DNA of 64,000 nt. Origin: Selaginella moellendorffii. Taxonomy: Eukaryota; Plantae; Lycopodiophyta. The stretch is taken from NCBI RefSeq assembly GCF_000143415.4, contig NW_003314378.1, positions 7,847 to 71,846 on the forward strand. Direction: 5' to 3'. Position numbers and translations under genes: made by a program. The notes beneath the pieces are model-generated. The model did no database searches and had not been told where the DNA came from. It saw only the letters and a list, made by a program, of their open reading frames with translations. This document shows, one piece after another, positions 1 through 14,600 of the stretch (the stretch's first letter is position 1; every line of letters begins with the position of its first letter).

Positions 1-2615
1 GTGAGTTATAGCTCTTTGAGTTCAAAATTTCCTACTGTGGAGCCCCCAGTACTCCAACCACCAGAACAACAACTCCCTTTCAAAATTTACATCAAGATGG
101 ATACAGAGGCTTTTGGAATATGCTTTTGCCAATGTTCACAGCCTGGCAAGCCACCGCATGCAACATACTATGCCTCACATTCAAGGAGGCTGAGAAAAAG
201 TACATGGATGCGAAAAAAGAAGCAATGGCTGTTGTTTACACCTTGGAGCGATTTCGTCACTTTCTTGCAGGAGCCTGTATCCATTTCCATGTCTCTTTTA
301 AGGTTCTAACCTTTCGTTTACAGCGACTAGTTCACAGTCCTCGTACTTTATCTTGGATTGTGACCATCCAATAGTTCCAGCCAACTTTTCACATGCAGCA
401 TCTTCTCCAATGGTTGTAAGTCAAGCATGTGAAGAGCAGTAGTTATTATCCTGAGTGCAATAGCCAGGCAGAGTCCAGCAACAAGATATTGAAGATAATC
501 ATCTCAAAGCTTATGGAAGATCACCTGAGGCATTGGCACAAGCACTTGGTTACAACATTGTGGGCCTTTCAGATGTCCTTCAAGACATCCATCTCCGTGA
601 CCCCATTCTCCCTTGTCTATGGGACAAATGCCGTGCTTCCAGTGGAGATCCAGGTGCCATTGCTCTCACTTTCACTTCAATATGCAGCAGCGATGGAGAT
701 TAGCGATGAGGACAAGCTTCATGCACGTGACTTGGAGGTTTTTGCCTTGGAAGAATAGCAACGATCCATGACTGAACATCTCTTTCAAGGCAAGTAGAAG
801 ATCAAGTCCATCATTGATCACCGGCGGTCTGCCAAACCATTCGAGGATGGCGATCTTGTTCTACTCAAGGAGTTCACGCCACTTTCGAAGTTCTGCCCTA
901 GCTAGACTGGCCTCTACTTTGTCCAGCGACACATTAGAGGTGGAGCATATGTGCTAGTTGATGCTGATGGATGTGAGCTCCCACACGCTCATAACCACTC
1001 TCATCTCAAACGCTTCATTCAGGGAGGCATTCCTCTTCTCTTCTTTTTCTTTTTCTTTTTCTTCCTTTCTTTCACTTTACTTTCATGGCTCTTTTTCCTT
1101 ACTTTCAGGGGGTGTTTCTCCATTGGACCATGGCCCATGCCTTGGATTTTGTGCTCAAGCTGCATTGCCATTTGTATGGAGGTTCCTCACTTGGCTCGGT
1201 CTATGTTCCAAGTTTTTTGGCCCTTACTTTACCATTACTACACCCCACACATTCCCCTCACTCATTCCATATCATCTACACTCATAGTTCCATCACCAAT
1301 CACTTTTAGCAGCGTTGCCCGCACTTATCTCTAGATGCCCATCTTGCATATTTCATTCTTTTACCATCATTCACATCTCCGCTTGAGGTCACATTTACAC
1401 CATACCACGGGCACACATACATGCACCAGCAACAAAAGACACCACCTCATTTGGACGTGCTGTTTCTGAGATATTCTTACGACCATTTGCCAACAACGCA
1501 CTAGCTTTTCTAGAGCGACTTTCTTCCAACCGGGTGAGCCTGTTCACTCAAGGCACCTAGGTGGATCTTTAGGTGAGGCCACAAAAGCCGAAGCCACTTT
1601 CTTTTGCTCCAGCACTCAGTGGACACATGCCACCTCTCTTTACCAACAACCCAGCGACTATGCCATCCTTTTCAGCTGCTGACTTCTTCAGTCCGACGCA
1701 TTAGACTGGCCATCTTCTCAGAGTACCACCACCATCTCGGCACTCCACCATATCACTCCACCATATTGGTGCTGGAGCAGGTGCAAGAGTAGGAGCGAGA
1801 GCAGGTGGTTACCGGTTACAGGTACCTGGCTACTAGTTACTGGTTACCAGTTACTAACTACTCTGAAAGGTCAGCGCTTACTCTACAGGCCAACGGTTAT
1901 CAATGGCCACCTTCTTAGGGTGCCACCACCATCTCGGCGCTCCACCATACCACTCCATCTTTCATCATTTCCACACTTACCACCCTTGGGCAACGCATCC
2001 CCTCTTCTACCTCTCTTTCTTTCTGGATTTCAGTTAATTGTTAGAGCATACCAAAAGTCATCAAGAGGCTGCATTTGCATATTACACTTTCCTTAGCCGA
2101 AATCCAAGTACGGGTTAAATTCTTTGGGTGCTCACACTCTTTTTCCCCTATTTTTCTCCTCTTTTCACACTTTTTCTGCACTTTTCTTTAACTTCAGGGT
2201 TTAGTTTGACTACAGGGTTTCCCATCGGATTTTCATCCCTCCAAACTTCACACCTACCTCTTTTCTTTCTTTTTCCACTTTATTTTCTAGAGTTTTTACT
2301 ATTTCACGCAGCTACCAACACTTGGCATCAGTAGCAGAGGTACACTCTACACTCTTCAGTGGGTTGTTGTGCATCTGGAGCCAATGCAATCCACCGTGGT
2401 CACATGTTAGGGCATGGCCATTGAGAGAGTGAGAGAGAGAGAGGGAATATTCTGGTCCTCAAAATATTCCCCATCTTCCTTGTATAAAACCTTTACCTCA
2501 CAAGGGCAAGGGGACGGGGGGGGGGGGGGCGGGGGGGGGGCCATTTCCAAAAAGCGTTGAAGCATTTCTTGTGTTTGAGAGAGCATTGGGGGGGGGCCCA
2601 CTCCTTCCCCCAATA
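1..2615 (+). mobile_element. 3' part of degenerate Ty3/gypsy element D (RNase H and integrase remnants, 3' LTR 2405-2615)
   Basis: RNase H-like AEKKYMDAKKEAMAVVYTLERFRHFL. Integrase core SSYYPECNSQAESSNKILK...TPFSLVYG. LTR TGTTAGGGCATGGCC...CCCCAATA matches 43278-44605 and 51855-52044. Confidence 0.8.
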
Positions 2616-5055
2616 GTGAAAGAGGTGACAAAGGAGGAGAATCTAACTATCTCTGCTTATGTGACTGGGCTCAAGCTAGGGATCTAACACAAGGTGGCCA
2701 AGAGATGCCATTCTAAGTGCAATGATGTGTATGGAGATTGAGAAGAATTTGATGCAAGAGCTAGGCATTTCTAGTGTGGCAAAGATGCTAGGGTGGCAGT
2801 GTATGCCCTCTCCAAGACACAGCCTACTTTGACACCATCACCAGCACCAGCAGCAAATTCTTCTATTCCCATTGTCGACTTGGTCACCTTAGAGCTTCAA
2901 CAATACAAGGCTTTGTTACTACAGCAGCAACAAAACTTCATACTCCAGCAACAGCAGCAAGAGTGGCTTCTAGAGGAACTCCATGCTTTCAGAATATAGG
3001 CTTCTTGCAAGCCACCCCATTATAGCTCACACTGTGATTCCTAGACTCACAATGACGATCATTGCTAGAAGCTACATCCAGAGCAGTATCCTAGGAAGCA
3101 ACAATAAGCTATGATACAGCCATTGGCTAACAACTCAAACCTCCAGGCAAATGGTTATTAGGTGGTGCTTCCTGCTATTTCTCCTCAACCGTGAAGGAAT
3201 GTGCCCAATGATTTGCAACAGAGTGCTCCTCATTTTCAAGACACCACAGTCACACTGTTGGCACACTTGTTGGAGTAGATTCAGGCACTTCAGCTCCAAG
3301 TTTCTCTCAGAAACTTGCTCTAGTGCATTCTAGGCTTGGCTGACCAATTGGACCAGTTCTCTAGACTTCAACCCATGCTTTTCTCACACCATTGTCGGGA
3401 CAGTGATTGACAGACTGCTCTTGGACTCTGATTTTGGGAGAAACATAATTTCTTTGCATTTTATGCATCAATTGGGCCTAGAGATTTCATCCACTACAAC
3501 AATAGTTCTCAAGACATTCACTGACCACACAGTTTTCCTAGTGGGTATTCGCAGAGGTGTACACACTTCAGTCCAAGGTGTGGATGCTATGTTTTATTTC
3601 TTGGTGGTTGATTATGGGGCTACTGGAGCTTCACACAATGGAGACCATGTCATCCTTTGCTAGTCTTGGCATGAAGCAGTGGACTGCAAAACATGTTAGC
3701 ACTTGGGCACTACAACAATTTCAGATGGCAAGACAAGCAACTCTTCTCAATGAGCATGTATGGGTGCCACAGGGTTAGGGCTGGAGCCAGGCTTGGTGAG
3801 CATAGTTGGAGGCACAGAAATATGATGATTTACCTGTGGTTTTCCCAGAGCTTCTTTATGACAAGAGCTTGTCCGAGTTGGAAGTTTATGATTGCCTAGG
3901 GCCAAAGCATTCTTGGAGAGATAAGGACTCCATATCAGAGCCTCCAGGTCCATCACACATGCAACTGGATGCTCCTTTGTCACAGATTCCTTCTAATGCA
4001 CAATTGCTGAAGACTATGGTGGTGGAATGCAACAACATTGATTTCTTTCACACTAAGTAGACGACATCGGCATGGGACTTCTCCCATATGTATTCATCTA
4101 TTCAGAATGTATTTGGGACCAGCAAGTCACAAGATATGGCAAAGATTCAGGAGACTCCCCAAATGCCCACTGCAAAGGATTTGGAGACAGCAACTGATTC
4201 AGGCATGCATTTGCTTCCACAGCCAGTAGAGGAGCTTCAGAGTACTCATGCTAAGGTTATTTCACCCCTAGAGCAGCCAGAGCATAGGGAAATTGTGGAG
4301 GAAAGCATTGTGGAGTTTCTTGTGGACACATCTCCTTTGTTGGACAGTTCTCTGGACAGTATGACCTCTTTATTTGAGGTTGAGCTTGTATCTGACTTGG
4401 TGGAGGAGGATGTTACAGAAACCCAGGCCAAGTGCACACTTTCTCTTCAAGACAAAGATTTTCTCTTATTGCTGGCATTTGGTGCTACAGCAGAGTTTTA
4501 ACTAGAGTCTTTCTTTAGCCAACTTTGGAGGTGATGTATCCACCCCACTATGTTCTCTTGTGAACTAATGAGTGACTTTCAGGTACCTTTCTGGGCTCCA
4601 TGTACTTTATCATGGATGCTTGACATGAGTTTTATTCCATCCTAAATGGCGAGCTCTCCTTCTATATTTCTGGCACAAGGCTTTTACAATAACATTTAGG
4701 AGACTCCTCCAGTTACTCTACATCCATTACCAAGAAGTTTGTATACTGCATGAGAGTTTTAAATTTGCAAATCCCGAGATTCTACAAGGTGGCATTTGCA
4801 AAATTCCAGCATGTTTTTCCACTTCGACTTGGAGCAGTGACTCTTTTCAGCCACACTCAGCTCTGGGCCATTGCCATCCACACCTGTAGCAGTCAATCAG
4901 AGCACCTCATTCTTTAGATAGCTTCACAGCAATGAAAGTGGTGGACACGAGCATTCTACGGCTTTTTCACGACTTCAGTGCCTCGTCAGCAGGACTCCTG
5001 GACACCAGAGATTCCGCTGGCACTCTTGGACACAGCATAATAGCGGAGGGGGGGG
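2616..5055 (+). mobile_element. Degenerate gypsy-like element E, 3' part (gag C-half, protease-like remnant, G-rich PPT-like tract at ~5045-5055)
   Basis: Gag-like EVTKEENLTISAYVTGLK, degenerate aspartic protease LLLDSDFGRNIIS, many stops. Duplicated at 52045-54481. Confidence 0.6.
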
Positions 5056-7665
5056 TATGACTTCCTCAGCTTCGAGCTTTCTACTCGGCTTCTGGTGCAG
5101 CTTTCGGAGACAACACCACTTTGTACAACCCCCAGATCTCTATGGGCAATCCAAGGTGACCCCAGCTTGTCATCAGTGCCTTCCTCTATCATTCATGGCT
5201 ACTCAGGTGCAACATCATCATGGCTTTTAGGACATCAATATGCATTCCGGACTTCGACATCCACGACGACTTGGCTCAGCCAACTCCAGCATGGGACACA
5301 TTAGAGTTTCCAGCCTTCTCAGGCCTCTAGAGACATTGTCATACACCTTCATCATGCGAGGCCTTGCTACATCACCACTTCCATTTGTGGCGACTTCTTT
5401 TTCATTCTCCTTGCTCTTTTCTTTTCTATAGCTTTTTCTTTTCTTTGTTCTTTCACTTTGTTTTCTTTGTTGCTCTTCCAGATCCCAGGTTCATCACATG
5501 TAGACTTGTGCATGGGTCATAATTTCTCTAGGTGGCAATCTCAATTGTCTGGAAGCTCAAGTTTCTTCAGGTTTTGCCATGATTATTCCACTCCATCTTT
5601 ACATCACTTCCATCACACTTTCCCTCCCATCCTTTCCCCTTTTCATAATCATTGTTTACATTTCTATTCATTTCCTACACCATTGCCTGTTCTTTTCACA
5701 TTACCTCTTTCATCTTTCCACTTGGTACCACGGTTTAGCTAGGCATATTTCAGTGTTTTACAGGCACAGAGTATTCATATAGATGGCCTCCATCATCAAG
5801 TAGAGTTTCAGTAGGAGAGACATAATCATCTCCAACTTTTAGTAGCAACCTTCTTGAATATTACAATTTTGACACATATAGCAGTGGAAGTGCTCATCTT
5901 GCTTAGACATTTTTGCCATCCATGGAGAATTGTAGGCAAAGCACTCGGCATTAAACAACTATGAGATGTAGTGTGGTGCCATTAGAGGTGCCCAAGTGAG
6001 ATCTTGCGTAGATGGTGCTTCAAGATTGGAATTGATGGCTTATAGTGGTGTGAGGACAAGATCACTCCACTCAATCAAAGGTGCATTCGATCCAATAGGT
6101 TGTGGTGATGGCTTTTACTCTTGTGCAGCCCTAGGTGGCATTTGAGCTACTATACATTGCTTTAGAGTTGAGCTTGGAGTGTTGGCACATCTTGGCGAAG
6201 GTGTAAACATAGGCATAGAGTGAGTGAAAGGGAAAGAGTGAGAGAGAGAAAACAAAGCTCCCTAGCTACCTCTAATTTACCTAGGTTGCCTTGCCTTAAT
6301 ACATTAGTCCTCTTGCCTTTGCTTGCTTTTGTATGTAAATGTATTTTTTCCTTGTTAGCATAGTAACCTTTGTTCATTAATCCTTATGGTTTGCTAACAG
6401 AGATCAAAGAATGGGGCAAGAAAAATATAGATATTGCTCTTAGTGTATCTGCCCTTCTTTTCTTTTCTTCTAAATCTTGTATTGCCTGGAAAAAAATTTT
6501 ATAGGCTATACTAACAAGATTTTGAGGGAAGACCTACTCCAGAGAAAGAAATATCTATCTAATATATCCTTTGATTTCTTTCCTTGAAACTTTTCTATAA
6601 AAAAAAAACACTCAGATATATAAGAGTTTTTTTAGCATAAAGACAAAGCTTTCCTAGGGGACATGTATTTTTCCTCTATTCTAGGTAAATATATCCCTGT
6701 CTGAGCTTATTAGGAAAGATTACTTTTTTTATCCATAGTTGTATAGGGAGATGGAAATAAGATTTTGAGTGATTTTAATATCCCTTCTATCCATTTTGAA
6801 AGCCAATTTTACAAGATCCCATAATTAAAGAACCAATCTACCTTTTCATGATCTTACAAAGTTTGATATCACTTTATAAATTTTTTTTAGATCCTTATCC
6901 TTCATTCAGTTGTCCATCTTATTTGTGCACTTAGGTAGCTCATCACAATGAATCCTTGCAAGGGCTTCATCCACGAGTTTATCCATAGTTTTGTACCCTA
7001 AGATATAAATAATATTTATGTTTATATCTTCATGGAGCATGGACCATACTTGAGTTCACGAGCTGAAGAGTTGAGCTCAATTTTCAATTGTAATTTAGTA
7101 CAAACATTATAAACTTTAAAATTTTAAAGTTATGGTGAACTTAATAATTTCATAACTCTCTATATATTATATAGATAAAAATGTTCTAAAGGACACTTCT
7201 TGTTCTAATAATTTAAATATTTACTACATGCAATAATAGAGATGTTAGTTAGAACATAAAATAAAATGTTTGCAAAAAGATTATTCTTATCCCTTCTTTA
7301 AATTTGAACTCTGTGCTTTCTAGCTAGTAAATGTTAGGTTCGTCAAAATTTTAAAATTATTAAATTTGAATTAAGATTCTATATAAGGCCATATAACCAT
7401 TTGAAAGGAAAAAAAACAACTATGATGGTACATATGCTCTCATAATACATTGCAATATCACACAGCCGAAAGACTACCATGAAATATTTTTTGAGATGGT
7501 AAAAACAAAAATGGAAACTGACGAATACTATGGGTAGTATTGCGAAAAGAACCCTCGTAAGTATATAAAATGAAAAGTGAAATAATGAAATATTTTTATT
7601 AATTATATAAGGTATAATTAGTTTATATTATTGATAGAGAATAAACATCAATAGTGCTGGAAAAT

Positions 7666-10109
7666 CTAATTAGCTCCAAAAGTTTTCTGCAACTCAGCAA
7701 TAGTAAGGCTTGTTTGGTGTATATGAATATCCACTTTAGGATCTTGGTCCAAGATGTTGATGAAGATGTAGTACATATGCTTGCAAGGAGTATATGCCTT
7801 CCCATGTTCTTTGTGCTTTGTGAAGTCTGGACATGTGCAAGAAGGAAAGTCTTGAATGGCAATTGTGTACTCTCCACCTTTTGTTTTGACTATGTACTCT
7901 TTTGCAAGCGCAGTGATGTGCTTTGTGGAGAGAATCTCACACTCAAGTGTTTGAACCAAGTTTATTTTACCTTGCTTCTGCTTGGAGACGGTACCAATAA
8001 ATTTAATTGCCTTACCTTTTTCCGCTGGCCTCCTATGCATCTCTGTAGGAACAGTCCTGGTTTTATCACTTATGTCTCCAACTCTCCTTTTAAGATTGAA
8101 ACCAGATTTCTCAAGGTTTTCAATCTCATCCGAGGTGAGCGCAACCCCATTAGCAACCGGCCATTCTTTAGGTACTACATCAAGTTTACTCACTATAGTG
8201 TCTTCAAGCTGCTTTGTATAGTTGACATCAGTGTTGCAGCAATATAACCAACACCATCTTGAAAATCCTGCTTGCTTTCGTTCCCTATGGAAACATGGGG
8301 CTGGAACAGAAGCCGATTTGTCACCACGGATCCAAGCCCAACACTTGTCCTTTGGAAGCATCCCCACACACCTTACATTTGATTTTGCTGGCACTCGACG
8401 GATTGCCCATTGCTTCGGCTCCACGCTATGATAAACAATTTCAACTTGCTATGATGCACTTTCTTCATCAGCCACTTGAGGTGGCTCAGTTCGGGGGCAA
8501 TATCTTGGAACAGAATGATACTCAACATCAGGCTTGTGAGAGCTTTTTGCTCGTGCCAACATCTTCACCAACAAAGGAAAAGCGACACTTTGAGTGGACG
8601 GTCTTCATATCACTAATAGAAGCTCAGGGAGTGTACTCCATAGATGTGCCACGGACCACTTCCTCCACTGCAGTTGCCACTGTTCGTGCTGGTGGAGTCA
8701 CTTTCTTCTTCATCCGATCTTGTAACATCTTAATCGAAGGTCCTGTTTCTATGTATCTTCCTTCCTCAAATGCCAAGGCTTTTGAAGATTGCTCTACAAC
8801 ACGTATCAAATCTGATAGACATGCTTCATATAGACTCATCTTCCCTTTCCCTACCTCAGAAGAATGCCAGCTCCAATGTTTACTCTTTGAGAGATTCATA
8901 GTTAGGGTGTATGCAAGATCCTCAAGTGGTTGATCCTTATAAAAAGATGATATCAAAAAGCAATAAAAAGAGAGGAAAAAAAGAAAAACCAACCTAAAAA
9001 GAGTGATGTCCCCATTGGAACATTCTGACTTCCCACCACCCCAACTGTAGCACATGTGTTTATGGGATGAGATTTGGATATATTGTCACCGTGGATCCTT
9101 GGAACCTTGGGGAATAAATGGGGATAAAATAGCCATTAAGTGCTCTCTCATCAAGCAATTGCCCCTTTTCCAGTTGGCTTAAGGGGAGAGAGATAAGGTG
9201 CACTATAGTTGGTATTAGAGAAAATGGCACGGGTTCGATTCCCATTGATTAGTGGCTACTTAAAAGTATAATATATCCTTGAGCAAAGTATATTTAAATT
9301 TGAAATCGTACGTATTGGGCATCCATGCGTACGTCCTTCCTCTTGTGTGGAGTATCCACAGACGAAGGTATCCACCGTGGGATTGCGGTATGGGTGGATG
9401 ATTAGTTACCTCACATAGAATAACTAGTTTACACAATGGAAGGATTGGTAGATTCAGTACAAAAATGGAGGTGCTGGTTCCCCTTGGCTCAGTAGGGGTT
9501 GTTAGTCAATAGTCAATGAGGACATTGACATCTCTGAAGGGGGGGTGAGTGTAGCGCATGTGATCATGGGATGAGATTTGGATATACTGTCACCGTTTAG
9601 TCAATAGTCAACGAGGACATTGACATCTTTGAAGGGGGGGTGAGTGTAGCGCATGTGATCATGGGATGAGATTTGGATATACTGTCACCATGTAGTCAAT
9701 AAGGACATTGACATCTTTGAAGGGGGGGTGAGTGTAGCGCATGTGATCATGGGATGAGATTTGGATATACTGTCACCGTGAATCCTTGGAACCTTGGGGG
9801 ATAAATGGGGATAAAATAGCTACTAAGGGCTCTCTCATCAAACAATTGCCCCTTTTCCAGTTGGCTTAAGGGGTACTTCAATACAATGTTGGAGAGGGAC
9901 TTCCAAAATATTTCTTGAGCCATCTGGTCTTGTACTTTAAACTCTGTTGTTGCAATTGTCAAGTTACAACGTAGTCTGTGAAAAGGGTAATGCTTAAAAC
10001 CATTTTAAGATAATGAGAAAAAAAACTACCTCAGATCATACACATGAGCTCCCATGGTTGTCCAACCCGCCACCTGCTCCATATGGTCAAAATGTACCTA
10101 TGCACAGTA
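7666..10109 (-). pseudogene. MULE-like transposase with C-terminal SWIM zinc finger (copy 1), disrupted by a TRIM and a deletion
   Basis: SWIM motif SCTCPDF...PCKHMYYIF in ORF 7666-8424. Upstream pieces VHFDHMEQVAGWTTMGAHVYD and TIATTEFKVQDQMAQEIFWKSL. Confidence 0.75.
9046..9873 (+). mobile_element. TRIM family A, copy 1 (3' LTR truncated by deletion)
   Basis: LTR TGTAGCACATGTG... of ~162 bp, PBS TGGTATTAGAG (tRNA-iMet type), PPT GAAGGGGGGGTGAG, three PPT+LTR-start units. 5' flank CCAAC as in copy 2. Confidence 0.85.
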
Positions 10110-10299
10110 GAGGGACCAAGTCATTCAGGCCCTGCTGGGAGATCCTAGTACCGACGGCGCACACCACGACTCACCAACCCCAAAGGAATCCACACGGCTC
10201 ACTACTCTACTGCCCCACCTCTCTATTGGCACCAGCTCTGGTCCAGCACCCCCAACCATCCCAGTAGTTGAGCTCTCCCCTGCCCAGGAAAGTCCACGC

Positions 10300-11661
10300 C
10301 CAACGGAGCACACGTCAGCCTCATTGCAACAGTTCGCAAAAATGAAGGAATAAGAGGTGTTGTATCTAGGATGGACGCGCATGGAGGAACTACATGTCAA
10401 AGTCAACAAGGCAACTTCCAACCGTTCCAATGTGGCGCCCACCCTGTCCGATGTCACAGTCCCAATTCCTGGGGAGATCTAAGTCAAAGCCAATGAGATC
10501 CTCATGGAGCTACAGCAACGCCAAGTCCTAGAAGCCAAGACACTTGTCCTTGCAATCTTCGAAGGAGGCAAACCAGATCGGGAGTTAGCCATGCAGTGGT
10601 TGGACGAATGCTTCCAAGAGGTAGGAGTTGCTTTTCGGGGTCGACAGGTCATATTTCTCGGCCACAACTGCTACAGAATCAAAGTCTGCACCGAGATGAA
10701 CCGCCACACACTCATCACCACACAACGAATCACAGCCAACCTATGAGTGCTTCTTCTACCGCTACCCACTGGGCTTCTCACCAAGTCAAAAGGAGACGAT
10801 CCACCAGCCGACGATGGAACTGGACCTCATCATCGACGACCTCTCCAAAACCAACAACACCCCGGTGTTTCTGGCCATGATGGTTGAAGGTTTGTGCAGT
10901 ACTTGGGGAAAAAAGCCACTCAGGAGGAATCAGGCGGACAGCTCATCCATGTCCTGTTCACAGGTAAAGCTCCCATCCCCTACAAAATTTGGATGCTTGG
11001 CAAGGTATACTTGGTCCACATTGTGGAGTCTCGCACAACACCCACAACCACACCAGCACCATCCACACAAGTTGAGAGCCGCAAGTGCAAACGAAGCCCG
11101 GCCACTCGGACTGGCACCTCAAGGAGACCACCTGGCCGGGACTCAGTGTACCACACCGGGCGCTCACACGGATGGAGAGCTTCGCCCATTCGCTCCTCAG
11201 GATGGGGAGCCGATCCATCAGCTCAACGGTTGCCCTCTCCAACCCAGCCTCAACTGGAACGGTTGCCGGAAGTGAACACCCAACCCCACGCCAAAGAATC
11301 CGCCTCCAGGTCCTCTCAGCGCCTCCAGGTCCGTCTCTGGATGCACGTCAGCACCTCACGACCAAGGAGGTACCTGGCGGTGTGGCGTGGCTCGCCCACA
11401 GGGTGCACTCTCCCATCCTTCCATATGGCACGGAATCAGCTCCCAGACCAGGGCCTTCATGTGTTCCTTCAGGCCTCTGAAATCATCAACGACATCTCGT
11501 ACCGGGTGGAAGTAGACAAGTGCACTATAGTGGGCAGCAACATGGACCTGTACGCAGCCCTCCTCACCAAAAGCGGTGTCATCCCCGCGAGAGGAGGGAG
11601 AGATCGCAAATTCTCGTGGGTAGAATGCGGTCGAATCTCCATCAACAACGACAATGACTAA
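10300..11661 (+). pseudogene. LINE ORF1 (fragmented; start approximate)
   Basis: Lies upstream of ORF2. Segment AMQWLDECF...VIFLGHNCYRIKV resembles plant LINE ORF1 N-terminal region. Stop TAA at 11659-11661 overlaps the ORF2 start region. Confidence 0.55.
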
Positions 11662-14600
11662 TCTCAGCGTGCTTTTGTGGAACGTAGGAGGCATTAGTAA
11701 GGACGGAGTGCTATAGAATGACAAGAAGGCGAGGCTACGATAGTACCTTCACCAGTTAGGAGTAATAGGAAAGTGTGACTTTTTATGTTTCCAGGAGCAT
11801 AGAATGCAAGAACACCAGACAATCTTTAAGTTTTCACAAGGCGAACACTTCTGGAACCCTGCCGTTGGAAGGCGAGGAGGAACCCTCATCATCGCTAAAG
11901 GACCATGGCAATCCCTAGGCACCTCGAACCAGATCCTAATCCCTGGACACGCTCACATGATAGTGATAAAAGTAAATGCCTGAACCATAGGCCTATTGAA
12001 CATCTACACCCCGGCATCCCGCTCCACCTCATGAGCACACTTCTTCTGAATTCTGCAGCGTCGTCTTCCAACTGGAATCGACGATTGGATCCTGGCTGGT
12101 GACTTCAATTTCGTGGACCACGAGGAGGATAAATGGGGAGGCATAATCCAGGATAGATGTACACGTGCGGAACGCCTTGCATGGAACTCATTCCTCTTAC
12201 AAATTGGCACCTGCGACACTTATGAGATCCCGGCATTTGTGACACATGAACCGCGCTTCACATGGTGAGAATGCCAACACAGAGGCATACAACGTCGTCT
12301 GGACCGCTTCTACCTCACCATGGACCTGTGCATGCAAGGAGGGAAGTTGGACATCTACAACACCTACACAGACTTCTCGGACCACCATCCGATTAGACTC
12401 ACACTTCCCTTTCGAAGATCGAGAGGTCCAAGGAAGCCAGTTGCCATACCCAAGAAGTTCTTTGAGGAGCAGGCCAACAATAACCGGGCGCACGAGCAAT
12501 GGGAAAAACACAAGGGGAACATACACTCCTTCACCCTTCAAATCGCTCAAGAGGCTCAAGCCAAGATCCGGAAAGATAGGAGAGGTGTCTTTAACACAGT
12601 CCAAAAGGTTCGGAGAATCCTGACCTCAATCAACACTGACCTTTGCAGCAACCCGGATGACCAGTGGCTACAAGCTCAAAAAATCCAGGTTAAGCACCAA
12701 CTGGAAAGGATAGAGGCCGACAAGATGGAAGCCTTCCTAAAAGCAGGACACATCAGATGGCACGCAAGTGAGCTCGTGCTGAACAAGGAGTTCTATCGAT
12801 CCATAAGATCTAAAGTTGTCTCCCCGCCAATGTTTGGATTGAAGGATGAACAAGGGCAACTGCACACAGAGATCGACGACATGCACAACATGGCAGAACA
12901 CTACCACTCCCAGCTTTTCAAGGAGGAACCATGGGATGAGGTCAGGCAAGAGAAACTTGAGCGAGTGCTGGAGCATATACCGACCAAGTACACCCCAGCA
13001 ATGAACACCAGACTAATGAGACTTTTCACACTGTGAGAACTAAAGGACGCCCTAGATGACCTCAAGGACGACAAGATGCCAGGGGAGGACGGCATGCCAC
13101 CAGCCTTCTACAAACAAAACTGGGAATGGATCGGACCAGAAGTTCTCAAGATGTGGCAAGAAACCATGCGAGCTGGGAAGTGGCCAGAAGGAGCTATGGA
13201 TGGGATCATTGTGCTAATACCAAAAAAAGGAGATATGTCCCACCTCAAGAACTGGAGGCCCATCTCTATGCTCAACACCATATACAGGATCATAGCAAAA
13301 GCCTTGGCATCACGTCTCAAGCCTCTGCTCCCAGAAACAATTAAGGAGACACAGAACGGCTTCGTGGAGGGCAGGAAAATTGTGGACAATCTCCTAACAG
13401 TCCTTCTAGTGCAAGAACACACCAAAGACATGGCAGAGCAGATCGCAATCATTCTCTTGGACTTTGAAAAAGCCTACGACCGGGTGGATTGGAAAGTTCT
13501 CCAGGCCATAATGATCAACTAAGGAGTTCCTCTGCAGTTCATGGAATGGACAGCATCCCTATACCACTCGGCATCAAGCAGGGTTACAATCAATGGAACC
13601 ATGGGACAATCCTTCAAACTTGAAAGATCGGTCCACCAAGGATGCCCCCTCGCACCATACCTATTCCTGTTCGTTGCAGATGCTCTGGCCTACTACCTCG
13701 CCCGACCAGAGGGCCCAAAAGTTATGCCCCTTCCAGGCTGTGGTTCCGCGCTCCAGGACATGAATGAAGCCTCAAAGGAGGACCTCCTATCCTCAGCCTT
13801 TGCAGATGACACAAGCCTGATCGTGGAGGGATCACTAGAGAACCTCTCAAACGTCAAAAGGGACCTGGACTTCTTCAATGAGGCCATGGGATCAAAAATA
13901 AACTGGCACAAATTGGTAGGACTATGGCTCCCCCCCGGCAGACCTCCAACATGGGGCACGGAGCTGGGTTTCAAATGGCTGGACACGAAGGAGACCACCC
14001 GCTACCTTGGATTCCAAGTCGGACGCCAGTATGATCCAGAACCTCAGAACCAAAAAGCAGTTACAAAACTAAGGGATCAACTCAAGTTCTGGGCGAGCAG
14101 AAAACTATCATTCTTAGCACACTGTATGGTGGCAAACAGCATCCTGCTTGGAGCGATCTAGTTCCTGGCAGCATGTTGGAATATGGACAGACGAATGATC
14201 CAGGAAATGTACCAACTCATTCGAACCTATGTCTGGAAAGGCTCCTCCTGTGTCTCACGTGGTGGAGCAAAGGTCAGCTGGCGGTCAGTAACACTTCTGA
14301 AGCACGAAGGAGGCCTCAATATTATTGACATCGAAGAACAATGCAAGGCTCTCCTCTTCAAGATTTTCACGAGGATGCTCATGCCTGGCAACCAACCATG
14401 GAGAACACTGCTGCGAGCACAACTTTTGAAAGTCCTCTTGGATAGGAATGAGCACACCAGACAAAACTGGGCGACAGATGAACAATGGCTCTTCTCGGAC
14501 ACCAAACTCAAAATGACAAAGGCTCACACGTTCTCAGGAAAGCTGTTCAAGCTTTGGAGGCAATTCAAATGCAAGTTGGAACATAAACCACCTCGTACCA

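Larger units (their letters stand above)
1..10109 (+). repeat. Segmental duplication copy 1 (paired with 49449-60132); runs off the left edge of the window
   Basis: Position 1 GTGAGTTATAGCTCTTTGAG recurs at 49449. Near-identical ORFs recur in the same order, and homology ends at ...TGCACAGTA (10109) / ...TGCACAATA (60132). Confidence 0.95.

Noticed and set aside
951-1334. Hydrophobic F-rich ORFs (also 50399-50782) as membrane proteins
   Set aside because: They arise from T/C-rich low-complexity non-coding retroelement sequence.
7654-8933. Long plus-strand ORFs (also 57252-58333 and 62131-63549)
   Set aside because: Antisense shadows of minus-strand transposase frames.
9046-9210. TRIM LTRs as Cassandra (5S rRNA-containing) or tRNA-derived
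   Set aside because: No 5S box A/C sequence or tRNA B-box/cloverleaf visible; only a weak AGTTGG resemblance.
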